The position numbers and the translations under genes are program-made. Of a DNA stretch of 64,000 nucleotides, positions 12,226 through 25,469 are shown in pieces (positions within the stretch are counted from its first letter, which is position 1; every line of letters begins with the position of its first letter). Origin of the DNA: Lama guanicoe (Eukaryota); contig MU054323.1 of the NCBI GenBank assembly GCA_013239625.1, positions 2,418,001-2,482,000 of the forward strand, given 5' to 3'. The notes beneath the pieces were generated by a model. The model searched no databases. It saw only the letters and a program-made list of their open reading frames with translations, and had not been told where the DNA came from.

Positions 12226-12535
12226 GTGAATTTTGTTGCTAGCACCTTTTTGCTGTAAGAAGGAGATTATATAAGAATTTCAGGCACCAACCAGGCTTTG
12301 TATTTCTTTCGCAAGTTGTCCTTAAATGATTTCATGAGTAAAACAATGAAGAGTGGCAGTTGTCCAGACATTTCAACAGGAGTAACAGCTGTGTTCATAC
12401 ATGTGCCAGTAAGAACAACTGCCACCACTGCTACCCAGCCTACAATGATTATAAGATACCATGAATTTTAAGATGCATTCTGATTTTGCAAATGTTAAAA
12501 GGTGAAAATTGTGGATCTTGGAGCTAGTAATGGGC
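12225..12535 (-). mobile_element. Tc2 (Kanga1-like) DNA transposon, 5' part with DDE_1 transposase remnant
   Basis: Minus strand 12389-12288 translates AVTPVEMSGQLPLFIVLLMKSFKDNLRKKYKAWL (compare pogo/Tc2 'VIPGGMTxQLQPLDVSVNKPFKDHLRKEYxxWL'); terminus 'taagatgcattctgattttgcaaatgttaaaaggtgaaaattgtggatcttgg' resembles MER104/Kanga. Confidence 0.75.
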
Positions 12536-12539
12536 AGCA

Positions 12540-12860
12540 TTTTTTATAACATGTTTTAGAAAATTAATCCTATTTCATGAGCAATTTCCCAGGTCATAAA
12601 AATATTTATAGGCATATTACTTTAATGGTACCTAACATTTCATCATATGGGTCTATCAAAACTTATTTAATTAGTCTCATCTATTAAAATTTTATTTTGT
12701 TTTCAATTTTTACTATTATATATGATACATTGATAAGCATTTTTAGCATTAGATTTTGCATTTATAATCATATGCCTGTGAGAACCAACTAGAAGTAGAT
12801 TTGATCAAAAGATAATTTGTCTAATTTTTAAGCTAATTGTCCTTCCAAGGTATGATTTTA
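12540..12860 (-). mobile_element. L1ME-type fragment (outer layer of nested cluster, right part)
   Basis: 'attttcatcatatggg...acttatttaattagtctcatctatt...ttgttttcaatttttactattata...ctagaagtag' is antisense L1ME 3' region. Confidence 0.6.
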
Positions 12861-13879
12861 TATCAAGAGAAAGTCAAATGATTTCTGAGAGAATGAGTCA
12901 GTGCTGATAATAGTTCTTGGGAGAACTTTGGTTACCCCCATCATGAAATATGAAATAAAATTTAAATGATCAGATTTTTCTTGTTCATCTGCACAAGAGT
13001 AGAGTACAGGCAGGGGATTATTCTTTGTTTTCCCATAAAATTTACTGGTAAGATGAGAAAAAATCAATTTCTTAACAATCCTCTTTTAACATATTTCCTC
13101 TGAGGGACTATTGCTACAAATTTTAGGTTAAAATGGAATGTTTACTGGATGAAGTATAAGGATTTTTAATATCTGACACAGAGCAAAGTAGTTTAATAGG
13201 AAAACAACACAAATTTTGAGTTGTAAAAATCTGTAAAATTTTTATTTCTACTCAAATTTTTAAACCAAAATATTCCACTAACTTCCATCTCATCACTATA
13301 TGGGTAACTACGGGAAAGTTTGTTAACATGTCTTGGATGAGAATATCAGTTGTATTGGAGTTAAAACAAATATGTGTTGCAATACAATTTGCTCCAATGT
13401 TTAGCTTAGCTTAGAAACAGAAAATGTTAACACAATAATTTCAAACTGTTGATGCTGGTTTGTATTTTGGGGGCCAGCACTGAAATTGATATAAACAAAA
13501 AGTACTTACATGGGATTTTTAATTCATTCTGTCTTGTGGTTCAAGCTGCTGGCTGTTTAAATGAGGAAGTAAGAGGGAAGAGATTAGGAATATGTGACAG
13601 CCACATGTAGGAATTTCTTAGTATAGAAATTGAATAAAGAAAGGTACACGTTTTTAGAGAGGGAAACATACACAGATGGAATGTCGTATTGTAGAGAAAG
13701 CCTTGGATTGAGTTAGGAATCTGACACTTAAAACTGTCCGACCTCACATAGTTTCATTTGAGATACAGGGATCGCTGCTGATTTACAAATTTCTGAAAAT
13801 TGATAGGCAATTGATGAGAAAGTTTCTACTTTGGGGTCTTCTGTAACATTATAGACAAGCATTGTTAATGAAGGGTGAG

Positions 13880-14035
13880 ACTGCTTCTCTTTACTGTTTA
13901 ACAGTGTGACCTTGAGCAAATAATTTAATCTTTATAAGTTTTGTCCTTTTATCTGGAATAAGAATATTTACCCCATAAAGTTATTTTAAGGGTGAAATGA
14001 CATAATTTTGTGAAAGTGTGAAAGGTGTGGCATAA
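13880..14035 (+). mobile_element. MIR SINE
   Basis: 'gtgtgaccttgagcaaataatttaatctt...tttatctggaat...ccccataaagttattttaagggtgaaatgacataat'. Confidence 0.75.
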
Positions 14036-15125
14036 GGAAACAAGATGCCTTTTTATTAAAGGTATCCTTTATTTGGTTGGTATAAGGTAGATACTTGTGA
14101 ATATGGTCCAAACTCCTCTCCATAGCACTGCTGGAAGGCATTTATCAGCTTAGACTTTACAAAGATCACCAAAGGATGATTCAAGAAGATCCAGAGCCTT
14201 ATTGTGGAATGTGTCCCAAGAATCATGGAAGCAGTCTCTGTAGGAAAAAGCTACGTATACACCACACTTATAGATAGTATTCAGCTGTCTCTCAGCCATG
14301 GGTTGATGTTAACAACTAATCCCTCACACTAAAAGAAATGAGGTTTTTAGGGAAAAGGCTTCAGTTGTGTTTATGTCCTAATTCTCATGCAGATTTCATT
14401 TTCTACTACTGAGTACTTCTTTTACATGTAGGGATATTCATAATTTTCCTGCTAGTTACTTTATTGTTCATGGCTATTCTTAGCATTCTGAACGATTTTA
14501 TTTGAACTGATTGATTAATTGGCCAGTTGTCTGTTATTCTCTTCGTAATTGTCCCACATAGATTCTTTCAAGTGTAGCCCCATTACCTATATTTTTAAAA
14601 ATGTCTTTGTCTGCTTGCTGGTATATTACCCCTATGGAACCTACAAATGCAAGTGTTGCAGTGTACGTCGCTCATGCAGCAGCGCTGCAGGTGTATTTGA
14701 ATGAGTGGCCTGGCTAAGGAGGTCGGGGTTTTATTAGCCTCTAATGCATTTTAATTAGAAAAAAGGAAGAGGTCTCAGGACCCCCGAGGACCCTCTCAAC
14801 TCAAAAGCCTTCCACCCTAGGGTTCCAGCTAATGTCACAGAATGAGATGAATGCTCCTGTGGTTGTTACCTTCTTGCTGCCTCATCTAACCTTTTAATCT
14901 CCTTGTGTACGTGGCTTTCAAAAGTACTTTGTGCATTAAAATCCAGTAGCCAAGTGTGAACTGGTTTACTATTATAGTTTTAAAATTAGACCTTGTCTCT
15001 GTTGTGTCCAAGACCTTAAGACAAAAGTGCCACCTCCGTTCTGAAGGAAGGTGTGAAGCAACGTCAGCAAGATTCCATGAGTGTTAGCCGGGGTTTGTCT
15101 GAAGTCCTGCCCCAGGAGGCCGCCT

Positions 15126-15137
15126 GGGGGGGGGGGG
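15126..15137. repeat. G12 homopolymer
   Basis: Seen directly. Confidence 0.9.
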
Positions 15138-16899
15138 TGAGGAGGCAAGCACACAGAGACTGGACGTCTTCTTGCAGATGCTCTCAGGCTGAAGGGTGAT
15201 CCTTGGTGCCCAGCCGGAGTGAACTGCAAGGAGAGCTCACCAGTGATGGGCAGTGGTTCGCCAAAGAACTTGCAGAAGCATCCAGAAGAGAAAGAACCCA
15301 GACAGAACTAACAGCACATCCAAGAAGACCAACCAAAGAAGACCTTTCCTGCCGTCTACTTCATGTCCCTGTCCACTCTCCATTTCTGGAGGAATCAAAA
15401 GCCTCAGTTCTCAAGCTGGGGAAGGAAAGGTACAAACACAAAATGGACTGTGAGAGAAACCACCCACCCTACCTCCCTTTTCCCTGCAAGGCCCTGCCTA
15501 AAACAGACCCAAGCTGGGGAAGGGAAAGATTTAATTTTCAATGAGATGAAAAGGAAGAGTTTTGACTACACGGTTGATCATTTTAATTAATGAACTATTA
15601 CAGTTCTGTGACTAGCAGAAAACTAAGGAAATTTCACCAATACCAAGTGACCAGAAAGATCATGAGCTGTGTCATATTTCAGGAAAGGCATGAGGAAGAA
15701 TTAACCCTGCCAAGCAGGTGTGCCTGGGCGGTGGGTGAGGAGGAGAGACAGGGTGGTTTTCTGATGGTCCACTCCTGGCCTGCCGGGGCAAAGCAGTGTT
15801 TTAAGCACCAAGGGCTGTAAATGATGAGAGCACAAGGACATAGGCTCACATGTGCCCGACTTCCTCCTGGTGGCCCAGCTCTCACCACCCCAAGCACAAC
15901 AGCCAACAGCAGGTAGGACAGGTTGGGAGCATCATGAAGAAGGCATCTGCTGATGGTGCTTCAGCAAATGAGCGACAGGCAAGAAACCTGCTGCACGCAC
16001 CTCCAGGAATGCCTCCCTTACATGGCTGTTCTCATTTGATTTTTTTTAAAGTCTATTTGTTAGTCTCGGAGAAATGATTTCTTTTCAAATGATTTCACAA
16101 ATACCAAGGGCAAGACCTCATTCAGATAGAGGAAAAACTTCTCAAGCCCCAGCGGAACATTCCTCTCAGGGCTGTGATTTCTGCTGAAGAAAGGGAGGTG
16201 TCTAAGATAAGCCGAGCAGACGGCGCTGGAAGAAAACAAACGTGTTTGTTGTTCCCCTGGTGCATATATTTCCTAATATAGTCCTGGACCTTGAGAACTC
16301 TGGCAGCCCCTGCCCTGGCAGAGAAACTCAGAGCGCCATCCTGTGGAACCCAGAGGCCTGTGCCCAGGGAGAATTGGGAGCTGCCACAAATCCTCCCTGA
16401 GGATGGGCCGGATGGCCTGGCCCAGGGGCGGCGCTGCTCGGGTCCTAGGGCCGGAGGGCTGTACACTCTCACATCCCTGCAGAGGCTGAATCAATGGCCA
16501 TCTCCCTTCTGACCCCATCTAATGGGGCTCTAAAGAGGAAAATCTCACTGCGTTGAGATGCTTTCCTGAAGACCACTCTCCATCTCAGTTAACTGTAGAC
16601 AGTGGGATGAGTTCAACTTTTGTGGACCACCTGCCAAATATGAGGCTCCGCTAGGCACCGGGAATTAAAGATGAGTGAAAAAAAAATATGTGGTATAACA
16701 AGGGCAGGGAGGTGACAGCAATAAAAGTGGGCATTGTTTGTAGAGCATTTAAATACGACACTAAAACAGATTGAAAACAGGCCCACTTTTTATTATCACC
16801 ATGGACCAGCAATTCTAAGTAACACTGGTGACAAAATACCCCTCCCTGAAAAAAATCCTTTGTTGCTTTAAATTTTAAACAAATTTTGTAACTACTATA

Positions 16900-17130
16900 G
16901 GATTTTAATCATATCTTTTTGTAATACATGTAAAATTATATATGTATAATGATCTATTTTTATTTATTCATAAATACATTATTTATATATTATACAATAT
17001 ATTTATATAATTGTATATATTTATTTAACTTTTTGTTTATATTATATATTGTGCACATATATTTATTATGACTAATTTTAAAATATATTTAATATAAAAT
17101 CCCACATATGTATATATGTAAGCTTCAAAT
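16900..17130. repeat. AT-rich low-complexity tract
   Basis: Degenerate TATA/ATTT array seen directly. Confidence 0.8.
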
Positions 17131-17984
17131 GTGTATGTTTTTATTACTTTTCCTCTAATAAACATTCTATATACCTTAATTCAGAGAATTTCCTTGACAA
17201 GCTACACTCAGCTACATGTATTTGTTTTGAAAATACATGATTAATGGTTCAGAATTGTTGGAGCTCATTTGTGTCCAGCTTCTGTGGTACTAGGTATTCT
17301 TGTGTTTAACAGTATATTTGAAATAAACAATGATGACATGGTGGTTTTTGAAGACAAAGGAACAGAATTTGAGTGATTTCTGTGACACGAAGTTTTATTT
17401 ATTTTAAAAATTTTATAGCAGAGAATCAAAGTATAGGCTGCGAGGTGAGGAACAATCTTTTCATTTGGTAAATGCACATTTTGTCTCATACCTGAATATT
17501 TGACTGAATTCAAATAATTCAGATTGAAATTGGTTCTTTGAAATTGTTCATTCTTACAAAACTAAGGAATAAGTCAATAAAATAAAACAACTATGCGATA
17601 GACATAGTTGTTATGCCTTTGGAAATCTTTCATTTTCATTAAAATTCATTTATTAGTTTACTGGGCAATTATTCACACAAAAAATTTTTTTCAGGCTTAG
17701 AATAAAAGAATCAAAGTTCAAATGGTTAAGTAAATTTAATAACTATTAAATAAGCAGTTGCATTTTTAATTTCTGAACTATATTTATTTTTATAAATATG
17801 ATTGTATACAGAAAAAAATGTGCCACTGTCTGGTATTTTTTGGTCCTTATTATTTTTGTTTTATTTCCTGGCTGTCAATGAAAATAATTTTGTCATGCAG
17901 AGGAAATGAGTGTAAAAACTGACCCACTGTCTCAAATACACTAGGAATGCCACTGACCACAGTATCATTGACAATGAAATTGCT

Positions 17985-18300
17985 GAGCAATTTGTTGAGC
18001 ATTGTTGTTGAGCAGCTACTATGTGCCAGGCACTGTTCTAGGGCTATTGATACAGGAGTGAACAAAACAGACAAAATGTCTTTGTTAAGCTTAATATTTA
18101 GCAGAGAAAATAAACAATAAATAAAATAGCGAAGTAAATTATGTAATATGTTAGAAAGTGATAACTGCTCTGAAAAACTTATAAAGTAGAAAAAGGGAAC
18201 CAGTATTGACTTTGAGAGGGGCTATGATTTTAAATAAGGTGGTCAGAGTAGACCTCAATGAGAAACTGTCATTTGAGCAATGATTTGAAGGAAGTGAAAT
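17985..18300 (-). mobile_element. L2 LINE 3' region
   Basis: 'ttgagcagctactatgtgccaggcactgttctagggctattgatacaggagtgaacaaaacagac...ttttaaataaggtggtcagagtagacctc'. Confidence 0.85.
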
Positions 18301-18539
18301 ACTTCTTATCCTCAAGGATTTCATGGGACAGTGTCTTACACGTCAAATCATTTAGCAGTCTCACCACTGTTTGCAGTGGAGACAAAGTAATTGAGGTCCC
18401 TGGACATGACTTAGTTGAATAAAATTCCATCCTATTTAATATCTTTTCACCCTTTTTACTGAAAAATAAAAGTGTTTATATTTGAGAAAATTTTAATAAT
18501 CTGGATCTGTAGTGATAAATAACAATAAATATTTTGTTG

Positions 18540-19230
18540 TAAAAATATTTAATGAATACCTATCCTATACAACACATTTTGATAAGTATTATTTTCATCA
18601 GATATGAACAAAATTCAGTCCTTGTTTCCAAATAGTGAAACGAAGGGATAAACTTTATGATGCTGAGGAGGAAGTACTATAAACTATACAAAAGCATTAA
18701 AGTACTGTGAGGAGTTGAGAGAAGGCAAACTTAAACCCAGCAGCATGCCATCAGGGAAGGTTTTATGAGGCAATGGCATTTAAATTCATTTTGAAACATA
18801 TCTAGGATTGAAATAAACAGAGGTAGGTCCTGTGGTGGGTCCATCTGAGCTAAAGCATGGAGGTTGGAATCTATGAGAAGTTGGAATAATTGCCTGTGGA
18901 TTCCCATTTGAGATGGAGACGTGTAACTGATCAAGAAGATTTGAGAGGAATCAAGGACTCTAGCCAGATTGCACTGTGGGAAACACAGATTAAGTCAAAA
19001 GAGTGGGGGTTTAGTATTCTGGTTTATTACAAGTAGGCATATGTTCAGGTAATGATGAAAGCTGAAGGATGACCATGCCTGAGGCTGACTGAAACAGGCT
19101 GTGGTTAAGGGCCAGAAGATTTAAGGAGCCCAAGAACCAATGGGTAGATGGCGGGAATCATCAATGTGGGGTTGAAGTCACTGAGGGGGAGTAGAGGGGA
19201 TAGGCCAGAGGGGAAGATTGTATTTGACAT
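18540..19230 (-). mobile_element. L2 LINE fragments
   Basis: 'atttaatgaatacctatc...catcagggaaggttttatgaggcaatggcatttaaatt...tggggttgaagtcac'. Confidence 0.55.
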
Positions 19231-21964
19231 TGATGTCTGTGAGAAAAGCAGAAACATGTCCCAATCTTAGTATGAGAGTAGTGAGGGTGGGGAAACATTT
19301 AATTGGTGGCTCTTTATAAAGTAAGACTAGAGCCCAGTCTTTCTTCTCCAGCTTGGTAGGCTATAGTTCCATGTGTTGATTGGGGTTGGGAGGGAGTTTC
19401 GGGGGCAGGTGTGAGAAACAAGGCAGCATACACTTATCATGGTGTCAGATTAAGTAAATGTGAAGTTCATTTGGGTGGTGCCTGCAGTTTAATGCCAATT
19501 AACTAAAGTGCAAAAACTACCAAGGTGCCATGTGTGTTCTTTGAGGTCCCCTATTATGTACATATGAGTCAAAGCCAATTGACAAAGGATATATTTTATA
19601 AACCCAAAAAGGAAATTTTGACATTCTCAATAAATATGACCCCCTAGGGAAACCCCAGAGGACCTCCCAACAGCATTGTTTATGTAAGAAACCACAGAGG
19701 CCCTGTCCTGAATCTTCTGGAAGGAAGATGTGTAAGGAAGAACCATCTCTGAACCCTTGAGTACATTTCCCTGACAGCACATTCTACAAGATTTCTCCCA
19801 AACACATTGTTCTCTTTCCAGAATTATTTAAATAGTATAATTCTTTTATCCAGCTGAATAATATCACTTAAGGAGGAAAGAGAGGCTTTTGAGCTAAGAA
19901 CACCAGTCACTCTCTAAGCCAGCCCTTTGTAAGTTGGTAAGGGAAGAACCATCTTATTTGCAAAAAAAGACCATTTATTTAGAGGTGCAAGGTTGATGAA
20001 GCATTCAATTTACTAAGTGTTTAAATGCCTCATTAGTATTTCTAGGCTGTATCAAAATAGCTTTTTAAAAGAATCCATGTCTAGTTTAGAGGGAGGTGTC
20101 ATATTATCAGGGGAAAAAGTAGAATGACCCAGCAATGACACTGAAAACTGAAATGCCAGTTGGCATAAACAGAGACCTCAGAGCATGTGGTTGAACGAGG
20201 AATCTCTCCGAAGGGCCAGCCCCTCCCCGCCACCTCCCCACCATACACACATTGGTCTCTTTTCCCCTCTTCCTTCATTAAGACATGTCACGTAAGTGTA
20301 TTATCCTCAGTAGGAGCAAGAATGGTTTGGGGAGTCTAAGAGGGCACCTCAAAACCTTTTTAACATTTGTGCTCTCTGATGCAGGGATTAACACTCCAAG
20401 TATTAGAGGTGTAACATTTGCACTCATGCTAGTTCAGAATTCAGAACAAACAGCGAGAGCAAGTTCCCTAGGGAAGTCCTAAAGATCCATTTTTGGAAGA
20501 GAATGTCTGTGTTTATATTTCCAGTTTATAAAACATGTACCAATCACTTGGCCTCAGGACATGTTTACAGAGGAGAAAAGCACCCAGAAAACAAATAAAC
20601 TGCTGCTCACACAGTTTGGACTGACGATCCTTGGCTGTCCCCCGCAGGGGTACTATGTTTCCTTGCCCGATAGAAGCCCCAGTCAGGGGGTTTCTGTGGA
20701 ACATCCATTCTTTCAACCAAAGTTTAGTTCAGAGTCCCTCCTGTCTGATGCGCTGACAACTGGTTGAAATTAGACCAAAAATGTTCATATTGAGTAAGTC
20801 CACTCACTAGCAAACCACAGGTACTTCGCCCAGGGGCAACATCCTGCATTCTGGGCAGTGGGGACAATCTTTGGGGTCTGTCTGCCAGAGGGAGGTTCAG
20901 ATTCATGGAGACTTGAATTAGCAGTTCCCATTCTGATGCAGTTTCTCAAGAGGAGCATAGCCTTTTGAAATTGATTTATCTATTTCATCAGTAAACTCGA
21001 GTCCTTCTTTGTGGGTCCAAGGGGAATAGATCATTGGAGGATGCATTAACTGGTTCCTTTCATCAATTAGCTTGCTCATGAAAGAAGGAAAACAAAACAA
21101 AATTGAAGTCATGAATATTGGCATTAAATCTGGTGAGGAAAAGATCAAGAGCTACTGAAAGTATGAATGTCGGAGAGTACTGTTTGAAGGGAAAGTTGCA
21201 AGAACTGACTCCAGAGGGATCTGAGTCATACAGACACAGGAGAAAAATGAAGCCTGTTCCCTGGGTAGCTCCTGTGTCTTTAATGTCAAACCAAGCAGCT
21301 CTGACCTTTTCATTAACTAGAGTTAGATTTTTGAGCTCCTAAAATACAGCACTCAGCAGCTCCCCAAATAAATTTCAAGGAGTCATGCTTTGTGAAAACC
21401 TGTCACCTCCATGACTCATTAGAAAAATGTTGTGTGTTGACTCTGCCAGCTGTAGAGTTTCATGTGAACCCTCAGTTCCACAGCATTTGAGAACAAATCT
21501 CTTCTCTAGATCATTGCTGCTGGGCATGTAGATGAGTAATGGTCATTTAGGACCATTCAAAATCAAACGTAAGTGACTCATACACAGTAGGACTCAAGAA
21601 GTTTTTATTGAATGAATTCATCAATTAAAATAATTTTCTGGTGCTTGAAGAGGAGCCACGTGTAAGTGGTGTAGGGTAGTCACCAACGTCTTTATGTATT
21701 TTGTTTCTACTTTCTTCCTATTTTGAGGATATATATACACATATATACATATACATGTATAAATCCTGAGTGTTGGTTGGGCTGGGCTTCCCACACTCAG
21801 GTCTGTGACTCTTGTCATTTATTGACAACTTGGACTTGCATTATAGGTGACCCTTCTCAACTAACAAGTTATCCATAGGAAGAAATTCTGGAAAGCTCTT
21901 TCTTTCCATTGTCATGGAAAATTCAGACGAATTATCTTTTAAAACTTGGTCTTCAGGACTCTTC

Positions 21965-22140
21965 TCCCACTAAATGTAAGCTCTATGAAGGCAAGAGTTA
22001 TGTCTGTCTTTTTCTATTATTCTGTCATGTACTTATCCTAGTGCTTTGCACCAAATAAGTGCTTGATGATTTTTATAACTTAATAGCAGTTAATATATAG
22101 TTAACATTATTTGTTGACTGAATAAAGGGATAAATGAATC
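21965..22140 (+). mobile_element. L2 LINE 3' end
   Basis: 'ccactaaatgtaagctctatgaaggcaagagttatgtctgtc...ttatttgttgactgaataaagggataaatgaat'. Confidence 0.75.
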
Positions 22141-22199
22141 AACACCCTTGGTAAACACATCTCAATTAAATCTTTGAGACTGCCTCCCTACCGATTAAG

Positions 22200-22860
22200 A
22201 AACTGTCATCCTACATCCTGTGTTCATTATTTCTTTGCTATATTTTTCTTGCATCTCCATATATTCCTTATAAATATTTATTTAGTTTAATAGTTATTAA
22301 CTTTACATAATTTATCATGCCAAACTATATGGGATATGTAGTGACTTTCTTTTGTTTTCACTCAGGATTATATTACCAAAGTGAAACCCTATTGTATTTT
22401 GTTGTAGTTCGCCTTTCTGAACTATTGTGTAAAAGTACTTTTTGCACACTTTGTTAATTCTTCTGTTGATGGGTATACAGATTTTCACTATTAAAAATAA
22501 GGCTGCTGTGAGCATTCATTTACACATCTCCTATTGTGTGTGTGCAAGAGTGTTGTTGGGTGCACACTTAAGATTGCTTTTGTTGGGTCATAGGATGTAT
22601 GAAGGTACAAATTTAGAAAGAAATGGAAAGCTGTTTTCCATAGTGGTTGTACCAGTTTATAATCCCATCACCAAAGATAAGGAAGTTCTATTGATTCATC
22701 CTTTCAAACACTTAGAAAGGTCATATTTTTTTTAGAAATGTACCAACCAAAATGTATCTGCTTGTTAAATGATACCTCATGTGGTCATGATCAGCATTCC
22801 TCTAATCACTAATGACCTTGATCACCTCTTCACGTGTTTATTGGTCAGGAGATCTATTTC
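22200..22860 (-). mobile_element. L1ME-type LINE-1 fragment
   Basis: ORF 22315-22515 'LTAALFLIVK' is the L1 ORF2 C-terminus; 'ctgttttccatagtggttgtaccagttta', 'cattcctctaatcactaatgac'. Confidence 0.8.
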
Positions 22861-23319
22861 TGTGCTAACACTTTCTCTCAGGATCCCCACCATTTGCAGG
22901 GTTGTGAGTTTTTCAGTGATTTCTTTTCAAAAGTTGCCCTGGCCTTGTTGGTCATTTATGAGCCAGAGACAATGAACAGACTCCTTTTAGGTCCCTCACC
23001 ATATGTAACAGTCCTTTCAAGCTCTGGTTTCTAGTCCAGTTCTGTTACTTCTAGCTTCTATTCTAAGACAAATGAACAAAGATTTGATGCCTTACTTTTC
23101 TCACCTGTTAAGTGGGTATGAAAAGAAAACCATCAATGTGTGTATGGAATGGTGTTTCTATAAGCACTTTGTCTGCTTTGTCCTCTGCTTCTCCGTCAGT
23201 GCCAGGTCCTTAGATTATGCTCCTACCATCCCTGTGCCTGCCTTTAATGTGGTCTGTATTAAATTCCTGCTGGCTTGCTATTTAATAGTTTTGACTGTTA
23301 GAAAATACTTATAATATTA

Positions 23320-23455
23320 TGATCATGATAATAATAATATCTAACAATTACTAGGCAATTATTGTGTCAGAGACTGTGATAAGCATGTTATAGATGTAAT
23401 CTCATTTAATCCTCATGACCATTCTATGTAGTAGATACTATTATTATTCTTATTC
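23320..23455 (-). mobile_element. MIR SINE 3' part
   Basis: 'aataataatatctaacaattactaggcaattattgtgtcagagactgtgataagc...atctcatttaatcctcatgacc'. Confidence 0.8.
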
Positions 23456-23519
23456 ATATGTGTCTTCGAGAATGTGATCAGCAAACTTTATTTGTTAAGA
23501 GCCACACAGTAAATAAATG

Positions 23520-24085
23520 AATATCCGCTGCCCTCCAGGTTCAAGGACTGGTGACAGGAAGATCAGGTAGTGAGACATGAAATCCAGCAAGTGCTGTGAT
23601 AGAAATATACAGTCAGTGCCACGAGACACAGACAGGTGACTCCGTCAGTGCGCAGGTATCAACAGGCACCTACTATGACCCTGAGGATGGATATACAATA
23701 CACAGAACAGACAGACCCCCGCCCTCATGCACTGACAGTCTAGGGGGAAAACTCTGTTTCAACAAATAGTTTAGTAAATATTTACAAGTGTGCAAAATGC
23801 AGAGAAGTACCAAGTCCTAGGACAGTGTATGAGCATGCGGAATCTGGGAACAGAGGATTTGTCTGGTACGACGGGATTATGAGGTGGGGGGCTATGAACT
23901 GAAAGGTGAATTAAGGCCAGACCATCAGGGCTTGAACACCAAAATAAGGAATTTGGACTTTATTCTGGTGACACCTGGTAGGCATCAAAGATTATTGAAC
24001 AGGTGAATGACAGGACTAGTCCTTTTGAAAGAAAACTCTGGCAACCATATGTAGAGTAAATTGAAACAGTAGAGACAGCTGAGAC
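23520..24085 (-). mobile_element. L2 LINE fragments
   Basis: 'caggcacctactatg...acagaccccgccctcatg...ggccagaccatcagggcttgaacaccaaaataaggaatttggactttattct'. Confidence 0.65.
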
Positions 24086-25469
24086 CAACAGCCTCAGCCC
24101 CATGGTCTTAGCGGGAAACCATTCAATGAATGAATAAAAATGGCAGGAAGGAAGACCATTGAATAAACCAAGAGTGAGAAGCCAGTACTCCCTTCACAGT
24201 TTTGAATATTTTTTAATTAGCAGCGTATTAACTTTCTTTATAATGTTTGATATGGTGGAGGGATGTCAGGTATCTGTAAATAACATCATCATTTGCTAAA
24301 ATACACTGTACTAAACTGTTAATCTTGGCAGCATTTAAACAAAATACCTGCTATTTATTTGCCTGGTAATTTTCTTCAAATCTGCTTTCTGCATGTATAG
24401 TTCAAAAGCAAAGTGATCATAAGTCAAGGTGATTGCAGACTGCAAGGTAGTGGCATTCACATATGTGCCAGTTTCTCCTATGACCTGCTGATTTGTTGCT
24501 CTGGGCCAACTGCTTTACAAAATGTCTGCCAGTCGTGTATTCCTCCAGCTCCGTAAGAATTTATAACTCAGGATATTTCTAAAGGCAGTTTTCTCATTTC
24601 AGTAGTTTCACCATGGAATGGGTCCCTCAAACTCACCTCTGGGAGTTGTCACTGGACTCTTCTCTTTCTATAGCCAGTTACCAAGTCCAGTTGAGGCTGT
24701 GTTCCAACCACATCTCAGATTTAGTCTTTCCTTTCCATTGTCACTTCTGCCATGCCAAAAGGATTAATCAACTTTGCATGTCGGAAAAAAGGAGATGGTG
24801 AGAGACAACGAGAGCTTTGACAAGGGCAGTGACTTCTGGATAAAAAAGGTCTTGGCCCAAGCAACGCCAAGGCTGGCATCTGCCTGGTGACACCAAGGCT
24901 TCATTGCTGATTTATAGCAAAGCAGGAATCCCCTTTGGGAGTCAAAATATCCCACAGGCGGAAAAACAGATGCAAGAGCTGTGAATAATGGAAGGTCTTA
25001 CAGGGCCAAATCCAGGGAAGAGGTGATGCCTGTGAGTGAGGAAAGGGTTACAGGTCCCCTGGGTCTCTCTTCACGCACACATCCGTGAACTGGGTATCCA
25101 CGGAAACACCCGCCTAACTGGAGGGCAGCTGATCACTTCTGCAGCAGTCTTTGCTTTTAATATCTGTGTCTTAATTTATTTGACATCTGCAGAACATCCA
25201 AAGAAAATATTCAAGGACAGGATGGGCAATCCGGCTGCTTTCTGAGTTCATCAAATATCTCACACTCCTTTTTTCAAATGTTTTCAGTTTTGCAAAACTC
25301 AAAATGCATTTTGCCAAACATGTTCTCTGTTAATGTTTATTTAGAAGGGAATTTAATCCGTATGCTGCTGATGCATTTACACTTAACTCATCAAAATGTT
25401 TTACTAGAGTCATTTGATGTCCAAGAAACCTTTTGAGTCTTTTTTATAAGCCTCTTCAAGCCCATTTTG

